Shown here: piece by piece, positions 8,670-17,103 of the stretch | Layout of the letters: each line of letters opens with the position of its first letter | Position numbering within the stretch: position 1 is the first letter of the stretch | Source: Bdellovibrionales bacterium | Lineage (GTDB): Bacteria; Pseudomonadota; Alphaproteobacteria; Micavibrionales; Micavibrionaceae | Reading direction: 5' to 3' | DNA: 64,000 bases | Assembly (NCBI GenBank): GCA_045106175.1 | Contig: JBGCEF010000033.1 | Span: 5,319-69,318 of the forward strand | The notes under the pieces: model-generated | Told to the model about the DNA's origin: nothing | Database searches by the model: none | The model's input: only the letters and a program-made list of their open reading frames with translations | Position numbers and translations under genes: made by a program

Positions 8670-11510
8670 TTATCCGACGAGCTTCTTCAACCCACTGCCC
8701 AAAGCTGATGATGTTTGTTGTGAACCAACAGTTGCTTTACCAACTAAGCCTTGTGCAGCGTCTTCACGTTGATCGTTAAATGTTGCCGTACTCTGACCCA
8801 TCCAGCGAAGGATGTTATTGGGAATAAGATCAATCAGTTTGAATGATGACATTGCCATCAGGTAGATCACGATTGTGTAGATAATTGTGAAGAAGAATTC
8901 GTCAATGGCTGAACGTGCGCTTTGAAGAACAGATGTGATTGTCTTAGGTCCGCGCGGTGTAACAACTTTTCCTCCGCCTTCTTCCGCTCTAAAATCGAAA
9001 CCGCCAACGTTAGATGTTACGAGATCAAAAACTTGATTGAGGACACTGACGAGTGCAGAGAAGATTGAGATACTTGCGAGCATTCCAAACAGCATCAAAA
9101 TTGGTCTTAAGAAGATTTCAAATATTAGGAAATATCCTGCTACGCCTGCTTGTCCTGGTAAGCCGTTTTGATCAATTCTAATATGGGCAAGTGCCCATAG
9201 AGGCGCGCCAACCATGGCTTCAAAAATACCTTTGACCCATCCGCCGACTGCGAAGAAGAAATAGATAAAGGGTAAAAACGGTACGATATAGAATAGGATA
9301 AATCCTGCAGTTAAGCTTACCATGGTTACAGTAATAAGGAATGTACTCATGATTTGTACCATGCCTGCCGGTACGTCCATGAATGATAGTAATTGTCCAC
9401 CAACACCGCCGACGACTGCAACGGTTAGGTTTCTGACGGCTGCTTCAACTAAGCCACGGCCAATTCCTACAATCTGTGCTAGTGGATGCGTATCTGGGTT
9501 ACGACGAATGTTATAAAGGCCTTCTGTTCCGAATAATGCATTAATAGAATCGATCATCGCATTGCCGGTTGGTGTGATATGTGATGATGATTCCACACCA
9601 TTGCCTTGCCATGATTTGAAGGCTTCCCAATGTGCATTGGCCATATCTGCTTCAACTGGACTTAGATTTATTGGGTCACCACTTATCACTTGCGGGTGGA
9701 ATCGCGTTTCAAACGGGACGTTATTGTTACGTCTTTTCTTCTCAGTCAAAATGTGTTCCATGAGGTCAGGATATAATGACGGATAGGGTATGTTTAAAAC
9801 TGAGCTTGTGACGGCACCGTTCATTTCTGCAATGCGGTTATACCAAATTGCGGCACCGGCCCAGCCTTTTTCAGTGACCATGTTATTCACATTGTAGCGG
9901 TCTGAATTTTGAAGGGCAGGGATTGCAGCTTCTGTGACGTTTAAGGTGCCACATACTGAGAATGGAACAGAGCAGTCGACCATGGCTGATTCCATATCTT
10001 CTCTGTAAAAATCTACTTGGTCAGCCTGAAAGTCACTTGGTGGTAGTTGCGCTAGTGTATCTCTTTCATATGGACCGTATTTTTGAGCGGTATTACGCGG
10101 GTAGTTTTGAGGCCCTGTTGTGAATGTTTCGAACCATAATTCCCTTAATACAAAGAAGTAGTAGTATTGCATAACCAGTGTACCAAGTTCTGGTCTTTCA
10201 CTTACGTCAGCCGCAGAAGGGTTTCTTGGATCTGAGAGTTTCATGGTTACGCGGCCACAATACGGGTATACGGAGCCTTCAAAGTTGCCGTAATCATCTT
10301 CAGATTCTACACCGAAAACAAATCTTACTGTCGCACTTTGATCTGTAAAATTATTCAATGATTGATAGGCAACATCATTTGCTGTTCCTATGTCTGGTAT
10401 TTCTAAGAAGTCTTGTCCTGTTGCAGTACTATTGCTTCCGCGAACGGCATACATTTTAATTTCTTTTCCACTAGCACCAGCGCCATATGCAAGATCGTAC
10501 ATTTCTGCACATGTTCGTGCGGTGTAGAAAAATTGTAATAGTGTCTTAATCTCTGGGATGTTGGGTGTGGAGACTAAATCTTTCATATCACCAAAATAGC
10601 CGCCTGCTATTGTTGTGTTAAAGTAATTCCAGCTATTTGTGGCAAAGCCGGAGCCGAATTGTGCAGCATAAAGAACAGTCCATTGAGAGCCGTTAAAACC
10701 AAGGCCGACGGGGACTAGCATTCCGATGGCAAATACAATGCGAAGTGGTGCCCATACTTTGTTAAAGCGCTTGCCAAATGGCGTGCCTGTTTGCGCTGTC
10801 TCAACAACGATTGTTACCATGAAATAGCTGGCGATGATGATCGCGACGACTAAAAGCCCGGTATTATAAAGTTGAAACATTTGATGCATTGCGGTGTGTA
10901 TCGGGAATGGGAATCCAAGCCCGTTATATATCGAAACATCAGTCACATCTGTCATGACATTTCTTGTCGCTGGTGTTGGGGGGCCATACCCTGTGTCAGG
11001 TAGGCTTTCCGTACATGTAATGCCTTGTGCTACGCATGAATTAAATAAATGATTTGTTCCGTCACTTACCCCGAAGACTAGATCCATCATAATGCCTGCA
11101 AGGTCGGTTGCTTCGCTTGCCGCTGGCGTTAAGAAGAATCCAGCAAAGTTAGTTGGCATTGCGAAGACGGGCTGCATGAAAATTGCAGCTCCTAGCATGC
11201 ATATTTGAATGAAAATTAAGACAAGGCCTATTAATAAGGCAACAAACAGAATGATTTGGTCGGCGTTTTCTTTTCTTAAAACCAGATTGTTTGCGGCTTC
11301 TGCGATGACATGTCTGATGCCAAATTTTCCAATATTTTGGCTTTGCGTATAGGGGTGGTGTGTAGGCAGCAAATTAACAGCGCTGTAAACCAATGCCATA
11401 AAGTAAGAAATATATTGAAAACCACCTGTAAATATTTCTTCAAGACGCACCTTAAAGCGAGGCAGTCCCATATATCCGATGATTTGTTTTCCTGTTAATA
11501 AACCGATCAT
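8670..11510 (-). CDS. Large polytopic membrane protein, paralog 2 of 3; DotA/TraY-like (tentative)
   Basis: 946 aa with the same conserved blocks as paralogs 1 and 3. Its start ATG overlaps the stop of paralog 3 (ATGA). Its stop lies 21 nt upstream of the paralog 1 start. Confidence 0.55.
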   Translation of the reverse strand: MIGLLTGKQIIGYMGLPRFKVRLEEIFTGGFQYISYFMALVYSAVNLLPTHHPYTQSQNIGKFGIRHVIAEAANNLVLRKENADQIILFVALLIGLVLIFIQICMLGAAIFMQPVFAMPTNFAGFFLTPAASEATDLAGIMMDLVFGVSDGTNHLFNSCVAQGITCTESLPDTGYGPPTPATRNVMTDVTDVSIYNGLGFPFPIHTAMHQMFQLYNTGLLVVAIIIASYFMVTIVVETAQTGTPFGKRFNKVWAPLRIVFAIGMLVPVGLGFNGSQWTVLYAAQFGSGFATNSWNYFNTTIAGGYFGDMKDLVSTPNIPEIKTLLQFFYTARTCAEMYDLAYGAGASGKEIKMYAVRGSNSTATGQDFLEIPDIGTANDVAYQSLNNFTDQSATVRFVFGVESEDDYGNFEGSVYPYCGRVTMKLSDPRNPSAADVSERPELGTLVMQYYYFFVLRELWFETFTTGPQNYPRNTAQKYGPYERDTLAQLPPSDFQADQVDFYREDMESAMVDCSVPFSVCGTLNVTEAAIPALQNSDRYNVNNMVTEKGWAGAAIWYNRIAEMNGAVTSSVLNIPYPSLYPDLMEHILTEKKRRNNNVPFETRFHPQVISGDPINLSPVEADMANAHWEAFKSWQGNGVESSSHITPTGNAMIDSINALFGTEGLYNIRRNPDTHPLAQIVGIGRGLVEAAVRNLTVAVVGGVGGQLLSFMDVPAGMVQIMSTFLITVTMVSLTAGFILFYIVPFLPFIYFFFAVGGWVKGIFEAMVGAPLWALAHIRIDQNGLPGQAGVAGYFLIFEIFLRPILMLFGMLASISIFSALVSVLNQVFDLVTSNVGGFDFRAEEGGGKVVTPRGPKTITSVLQSARSAIDEFFFTIIYTIVIYLMAMSSFKLIDLIPNNILRWMGQSTATFNDQREDAAQGLVGKATVGSQQTSSALGSGLKKLVG

Positions 11511-14416
11511 CTACCTGCCCCCGTTGCTCGTGCTAGTAAATTACCAAAGCTTCCGCCTGCGCCAGACGCTGCTTGTTGAACACCTTCTGATAATTGACGT
11601 CCGGCTGTTGCTCCACCAAGAGCCGCATAGCGCGTTAGGCCATCAACAGAATCCTGGTTAATGTCACCAAATGAGGACACTTGGTTACCCATCCAACGCA
11701 GAAGGTTATCGGGAATTTTATCAATGAGTTTGAAAGCTGCGATTGCCATCATGTAAACGATAATCGCATAAATCACACTGAAGAAGAATTGGTCAACAAT
11801 ACTGCGTTTAAATGAGATGCGCGCATTACCAGCCTGTACAAGATCAATCGTTGTATCATTATCGAAGCCAGCAAGGTTTTCTGTGACTATGCTCCATAAG
11901 AAGTGTAATACGCGGACTTGTGCTGTAAATATAAGTGTTGCTGCAACTAGTCCGAAGATTGTTAAAACGGGTCTTAAGAAAATTTCAAAAATCAGGAAAT
12001 AGCCATTGAGCGCAGATGTGCCAGGAAGCCCATCACCATCAATGCGTAAGTGTGCTAAGGCCCATAGAGGCGCGCCAACCATTGCTTCAAAAATTGTTTT
12101 GATCCATGAGGCGACTGCAAAGAAGAAATAGATAAACGGTAAAAACGGTACAATGTAGTACAGAACGAGACCGGCTGTAAGGCCTACAAAAGCAGTTGAA
12201 AGAATGAAATCAGCCGCAGGTGTGATCAGGCCAGGTATGACGCGATCAATGATAACTCCTAAGCCGCCGATTGCGGATCCTGCGGATGCTGTTGCGATGT
12301 TGCGGATTGAGGCATCAACAAGGCCTTTTCCGAGAAGGGTTAGCTGCGTGAGTGGGTGCGTAGAAACATTTGTATCTGTCATTGCAGAAAGGGGTTGTGT
12401 TCCGAAAATAAGGTTGATTGTGTCTTCGAATACGCTTCCTGAAATTTCTACTTCATCTGATAGGATGCTTCTGCCGTTGTCATTCCAATATTTCATGACT
12501 TTACACAGCACTTCACCAACACTTCTCATGTCTGATGTAATTTCACCTGTGTTTTTCACACTTTCTAGACAAAAACGGTTGCTCTGAGTGATGAGTACGT
12601 TTTCTCTTCTTTCTATTTCTTGGATGTTACGCATTACAATCGGATATTTACTTAAAACAGGGACATCACGGACGGCAGACATGTAATTTCCGTTAATACG
12701 CGCTATTGTGTTGTACCATATTCCAGCACCTGCCCAGCCTCGACTCAGGATGTCACTGTTCATTTCATAAAGGTTGGTTGCGTTTGTGTAGTCTGTCCAG
12801 ATTGTTCCTAGTCTTGCTTGTAAATTTGTTTGCATTTGCGCGACATATGTTGTTTGCCATCTTGTTCGCGGTGCAAGATTACATAGGGGTACAGGAGGTG
12901 TGCTAAGAGCGCCCAAAACACCACCTGCAACATCTGTAGCAGTAACACCTGACGGTGGGTTACAGACATGAATAAGTGCTGGGTCATTTGTTGCACCTTG
13001 CAGCTGCAAGGATGCGAATCTAAATGCAAACGCTTCTAATCCGAAGCTGTTAGCATCAAACCAAGCATCTCTGATTAAAGTATAGTAATATTCTTGAACT
13101 GCTTCTGGGCCTAAGCCTGTTCCACTTGCGCTGTGGATTGAAATTCTTATCTCTCCGCAGTGGTCTAGTTCTGTTTCTCCTGCGTCAACTTCGCCATCAC
13201 CATCATTGTCAAAATGTTCACCAAAACGAATAGTAATGTCGCTATTGTTGAAAAAGCTTAAGGCATCAGCGTATGTTGTCCCGGAATTTATTTCCATGAC
13301 CGAGTCTGTATTTGGCATCCAGTTTGGGGCGGTTTTGAAGAAGTAAGCTTTTACGAGGTCATTGTCTGGTGTGTATTGTTTGGTGCCTGCATCATCAGTG
13401 TCGATGTAATAAAAACCAGCTGCACATGAATGAACAACAGACATTGCCGTAAGGATGGGGGTTACATCAGGTGCTTCGGGATTTCCGATTAAGCTTGTTC
13501 GCTCACCTGTTGGGTTGGCACCTTTACCGCCAGCAAAAGGCGCGCCGAGGCGAATTTGGTTATTATAAGTTACCCATGTATTTGTTGCGAAACCTGATCC
13601 TATTTTTGCAGCAAATAGGGTTATGAATTGCCCGCTGTTTAATCCGTAATTGATTGGAACTAAAAGTCCAAGCGCTACGACTAGTCGGATTGGAACCCAT
13701 ACATTTTGGAAACGCTGGCCGAAAGGTGTTCCTGTGACGGCTGTTTCTCCAATTACTATTAGGATGAAATACAAGAAAATAAGCGCACCGATCAGAAGAA
13801 TTCCTGTGTTATAAAAGCGGAATAATTCATGTAATGCTTGGTGAAATGGCCATCTTGTCCCTGGTGTAATTGCCGGTAATGGCGTGGGTGCGATTGTTGT
13901 TGTTCCTGTTTGACATGATACGCCCTGCTCGATACATGATCCAAACATGTCAGGAATACCAAAAACCTGATCCAAAAGCATGAATGCGATATCAAATGTT
14001 GGATCAACTGTTAAAAAGATAGATTTACCTGCGACTGTCCCGGATGGATGAGGCGCAGAGGGGTATGATGCGAGAGCAGGTTCAAAAATCAGTGCGAATA
14101 TAATCATCGCGATTTGAATGATTATTAGTACTAATCCCGTTAGAATTACTCCGAAAATCAAGATTTGGTCAATATTTTCTTTTTTAAGAACAATATGATT
14201 AGCGGCTTCAGCTATGACTTGTCTGACGTTGAATTTTCCGATGTTTTCAGGATTTAAATAAGGATGATTGCTTGGTAAAAGCCTTACCATTGCGTAGATT
14301 TGTGCGATTAAGAAGGCAATATACCCAAAGCCAGACGTAAACAGATTTCCTACCCGCGGCATGATGCCGGGTAAAATTACATATCCTGCTACTTTTTTTG
14401 CTTGTATACCGCTCAC
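11507..14416 (-). CDS. Large polytopic membrane protein, paralog 3 of 3 (first gene of the operon); DotA/TraY-like (tentative)
   Basis: 969 aa with a GTG start preceded by GGTGAG. Same conserved blocks (ETAVTGTPFGQRF, GWAGAGIWYNTIARINGN, PFLPFIYFFFAV, PLWALAHLRIDGDGLPG, FKLIDKIPDNLLRWMG). Confidence 0.55.
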   Translation of the reverse strand: MSGIQAKKVAGYVILPGIMPRVGNLFTSGFGYIAFLIAQIYAMVRLLPSNHPYLNPENIGKFNVRQVIAEAANHIVLKKENIDQILIFGVILTGLVLIIIQIAMIIFALIFEPALASYPSAPHPSGTVAGKSIFLTVDPTFDIAFMLLDQVFGIPDMFGSCIEQGVSCQTGTTTIAPTPLPAITPGTRWPFHQALHELFRFYNTGILLIGALIFLYFILIVIGETAVTGTPFGQRFQNVWVPIRLVVALGLLVPINYGLNSGQFITLFAAKIGSGFATNTWVTYNNQIRLGAPFAGGKGANPTGERTSLIGNPEAPDVTPILTAMSVVHSCAAGFYYIDTDDAGTKQYTPDNDLVKAYFFKTAPNWMPNTDSVMEINSGTTYADALSFFNNSDITIRFGEHFDNDGDGEVDAGETELDHCGEIRISIHSASGTGLGPEAVQEYYYTLIRDAWFDANSFGLEAFAFRFASLQLQGATNDPALIHVCNPPSGVTATDVAGGVLGALSTPPVPLCNLAPRTRWQTTYVAQMQTNLQARLGTIWTDYTNATNLYEMNSDILSRGWAGAGIWYNTIARINGNYMSAVRDVPVLSKYPIVMRNIQEIERRENVLITQSNRFCLESVKNTGEITSDMRSVGEVLCKVMKYWNDNGRSILSDEVEISGSVFEDTINLIFGTQPLSAMTDTNVSTHPLTQLTLLGKGLVDASIRNIATASAGSAIGGLGVIIDRVIPGLITPAADFILSTAFVGLTAGLVLYYIVPFLPFIYFFFAVASWIKTIFEAMVGAPLWALAHLRIDGDGLPGTSALNGYFLIFEIFLRPVLTIFGLVAATLIFTAQVRVLHFLWSIVTENLAGFDNDTTIDLVQAGNARISFKRSIVDQFFFSVIYAIIVYMMAIAAFKLIDKIPDNLLRWMGNQVSSFGDINQDSVDGLTRYAALGGATAGRQLSEGVQQAASGAGGSFGNLLARATGAGR

Positions 14417-14550
14417 GATAAATTACTCACCACTATCAATATTCTAGTGTAACGCGAAAATAGTTAAAATTTTAGTTAATTTTTATAATTTTCGCCTTAT
14501 TTTCACCACTTTTTGTCTTTTTCAGTGATTAAAGTATAGGCGTAAGAGCT
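14417..14550 (-). promoter_or_regulatory. AT-rich upstream region presumed to hold the promoter of the three-paralog operon
   Basis: This is the only non-coding space between the ettA terminator hairpin and the first paralog. On the minus strand a possible TAGAAT -10 box follows TTAACT/TTTTAA. The spacing is not ideal, so the exact promoter is not resolved. Confidence 0.3.
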
Positions 14551-14577
14551 TAAAAAACCCTGAATATTCAGGGTTTA
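14551..14577 (-). terminator. Rho-independent terminator downstream of ettA
   Basis: Perfect palindrome AAACCCTGAATATTCAGGGTTT followed, on the minus strand, by a T-run. It lies about 20 nt after the ettA stop. Confidence 0.75.
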
Positions 14578-14597
14578 ATAACATATTTTTGTATAAT

Positions 14598-16280
14598 TTA
14601 GCCCGCTTTGCGTAGGGGTTTATATTTTATGCGGCTAGGGGATTCACCTTCGGCTAAGCCCATGCGGCGGCGATAATCTTCTTCATAGTCTTGATAGTTG
14701 CCTTCAAACCATGTGACTTGGGAATTTCCTTCGAACGCTAGAATATGCGTACACAAGCGGTCTAAGAACCAACGATCGTGGGAAATGATGACCGCGCAGC
14801 CAGGGAATTTTTCAATGGCCTCTTCAAGAGCGGCGAGTGTTTCTGTGTCTAAATCGTTAGTTGGTTCATCGAGGAGAATAACATTTGCCTCTTTTTTCAA
14901 CATCTTAGCGATGTGTACGCGGTTTCTTTGTCCGCCTGATAGATCTTTAACAAGCTTTTGTTGGTCGCCTTTTCTGAAATTAAATGCGGATACGTACGCC
15001 CTCGATTGCATTTCTACTTTGCCGAGTTTGATGATGTCTGTACCGCCGCTGATTTCTTCCCAGACATTGTTATCACCTGTTAGCGTATCGCGGGATTGGT
15101 CGACATAGCCTAGTTGGACGGTATCACCGACGTGGAAGTCGCCTTCATCGGGTATTTCATGGCCTGTAATCATCTTGAATAATGTTGATTTACCTGCGCC
15201 GTTTGCGCCGATAACTCCAACAATTCCACCAGGTGGGAGTTTGAAAGATAGATCTTCAATAAGGAGTTTGTCGCCAAAGCCTTTTTTGATGTTTTTGGCT
15301 TCGATGACCAAATCGCCGAGGCGCGGTGGTGCGGGAATGACGATCTGTGTGGCGCGTGAATCGATACCTTGTGATTCTTCGATGAGATCATTATAGGCGC
15401 TGATACGGGCTTTTGATTTGGCACGACGGGCGGATGGTGATTTACCCATCCATTCACGTTCGCGTTTGAGGGCTTTTTGGCGTGCATCTTCTTCGCGACC
15501 CTCTTGTTCCATACGTTTGGCTTTTTTCTCAAGGTAGGCTGTATAGTTACCTTGGTAAGGGATGCCTTGTCCGCGATCAATTTCCAAGATCCAGCCTGTT
15601 ACATTGTCGAGGAAGTAGCGATCATGCGTGATCATTACAACTGTTCCGGTGTAATCGCTTAGGAAGCGTTGTAGCCATGCGACGCTCTCTGCATCTAAGT
15701 GGTTTGTTGGTTCGTCGAGTAAGAGTAGGTCTGGTTTTTCAAGGAGTAATCGACATAGAGCAACGCGGCGTTTCTCGCCACCGGAGAGATTTTCCACGCC
15801 CGAATCGGCCGGTGGGCAGCGCAGTGCGTCCATTGCAATTTGGGCTGTACGTTCGACTTCCCAGCCTTCGTTATTATCAAGCCATTCTTGTAATTCGCCC
15901 ATTTCAGTTGTGAGAGCATCGAAATCTGCGTCGGGGTCAGCCATTTCTGCGGCTACCTCATTGTAACGACCCAACTTTTCAAGTGCTTCGCCTAGTCCGT
16001 CCATTACATTTTCAAGAACAGTTTTGCTGTTATCGAGTTGTGGTTCTTGTTCCAAGTAGCCTACACGCGTACCTTTAGCGGACCATGCCTCGCCGCTGAA
16101 TTCTTTATCAATGCCACCCATGATTTTAAGAAGGGTTGATTTACCAGCGCCATTTGGCCCCAAAACACCGATTTTAGCGCCTGGATAGAAGCTTAGCGTG
16201 ATGTTTTCGAGGATTTTATTACTTCCATAGGCCTTGCTTAGGCCATTCATCACGTAAATATAGCTGCCTTCTTTTGACAT
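14598..16280 (-). CDS. ettA: Energy-dependent translational throttle ABC-F ATPase EttA
   Basis: 560 aa with two ABC cassettes. Long colinear matches to E. coli EttA as I recall it: ISLSFxPGAKIGVLGxNGAGKSTLL, LSGGExRRVALCRLLLEKPDxLLLDEPTNHLDAESVAWL, ITHDRYFLDNV.GWILE.DRG.GIP. Confidence 0.95.
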   Translation of the reverse strand: MSKEGSYIYVMNGLSKAYGSNKILENITLSFYPGAKIGVLGPNGAGKSTLLKIMGGIDKEFSGEAWSAKGTRVGYLEQEPQLDNSKTVLENVMDGLGEALEKLGRYNEVAAEMADPDADFDALTTEMGELQEWLDNNEGWEVERTAQIAMDALRCPPADSGVENLSGGEKRRVALCRLLLEKPDLLLLDEPTNHLDAESVAWLQRFLSDYTGTVVMITHDRYFLDNVTGWILEIDRGQGIPYQGNYTAYLEKKAKRMEQEGREEDARQKALKREREWMGKSPSARRAKSKARISAYNDLIEESQGIDSRATQIVIPAPPRLGDLVIEAKNIKKGFGDKLLIEDLSFKLPPGGIVGVIGANGAGKSTLFKMITGHEIPDEGDFHVGDTVQLGYVDQSRDTLTGDNNVWEEISGGTDIIKLGKVEMQSRAYVSAFNFRKGDQQKLVKDLSGGQRNRVHIAKMLKKEANVILLDEPTNDLDTETLAALEEAIEKFPGCAVIISHDRWFLDRLCTHILAFEGNSQVTWFEGNYQDYEEDYRRRMGLAEGESPSRIKYKPLRKAG

Positions 16281-16341
16281 GCGTTTTGCTCCTCTTTTTG
16301 AAAACTAAAAGAGAATTATCTTAAGTGCAGCTAAAAATCAA

Positions 16342-16944
16342 TCAAAAGCTGTTTTCGAAAAAGACTTCTTCATCGGCGAGGAAGCCGGGTTTGTCCCATG
16401 CAGGTTTTATGGCTTTACCGACGGTTATGATCATACCAATCACGTGGTCGTCCGGAAGATTGATGATGGATGCGACCTGATCGCCATCAAAACCGATCAT
16501 TGGGCATGTGTCATAGCCCATATCTTTTGCCGATAGCATGATTGTTTGTGCGGCTATCCCTATGGAGCGCATGGCTTCATCGCGTTGTTGCCATTCACGT
16601 CCTTCATAAAAGGGTTTGATCATGGGGACTAGAATATCTTGGGCTTCTTTAGGGGCGTCTTGCCAGTATTTTTGCGGGTTTTTATCCCATGCGTTTATGT
16701 CTGCGCATAGAATCAGTAGTAATGAGGCATCGGTTACTTGAGCTTGGCCCCATGCGGCCTCGCGAATTGCTGTACGTTTTTCAGTGTCTTTGACGATAAC
16801 AAAGCGCCAGTTTTGAAGATTAAATGATGTGGGTGATTGACGGATGAGTGTTTTTAAACGGGTTTCATCTTCAACGGGCATTTGGAATTCGGGATCGTAG
16901 TGTTTTACGGCGCGGCGTTGATGAATGGCGTCTTGAGTTTGCAT
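16342..16944 (-). CDS. Nitroreductase family protein
   Basis: 200 aa. The blocks RRAVKHYD, PTSFNLQNWRFVIV and a C-terminal GYDTCPMIGFD pattern fit the NAD(P)H nitroreductase fold. Confidence 0.8.
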   Translation of the reverse strand: MQTQDAIHQRRAVKHYDPEFQMPVEDETRLKTLIRQSPTSFNLQNWRFVIVKDTEKRTAIREAAWGQAQVTDASLLLILCADINAWDKNPQKYWQDAPKEAQDILVPMIKPFYEGREWQQRDEAMRSIGIAAQTIMLSAKDMGYDTCPMIGFDGDQVASIINLPDDHVIGMIITVGKAIKPAWDKPGFLADEEVFFENSF

Positions 16945-17103
16945 GATTATATTCCTTTGTTACGTGCAGTAATTCCAGATTAATCATGTGCCATTGTTTT
17001 GCAAGCGCGAAGGCATGTTGTTGTGCAACACATGTTTTTATTGATGTTTTCTATATTTTCTATAATTTTTATTTTTTCGAACAATGTCTGAAGTGAGAGT
17101 TTT

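Noticed and set aside
5946-14416. The idea that the three-paralog locus is a horizontally acquired island or remnant of a conjugative element.
   Set aside because: There is no integrase, transposase, relaxase, tRNA target, flanking direct repeats or other T4SS genes in the window. The base composition looks like the surroundings by eye. Quantitative GC or codon analysis was not possible here, so this is rejected only provisionally.
5946-14416. Alternative assignment of the paralogs to the VirB6/TrbL family, by analogy with the tandem rvhB6 genes of Rickettsiales.
   Set aside because: The block order and the ETA.TGTPFG..F...W.P.R motif fit my recollection of DotA/TraY better. No virB3, virB4 or other virB genes are adjacent. 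It is kept as the main alternative for HMM testing.
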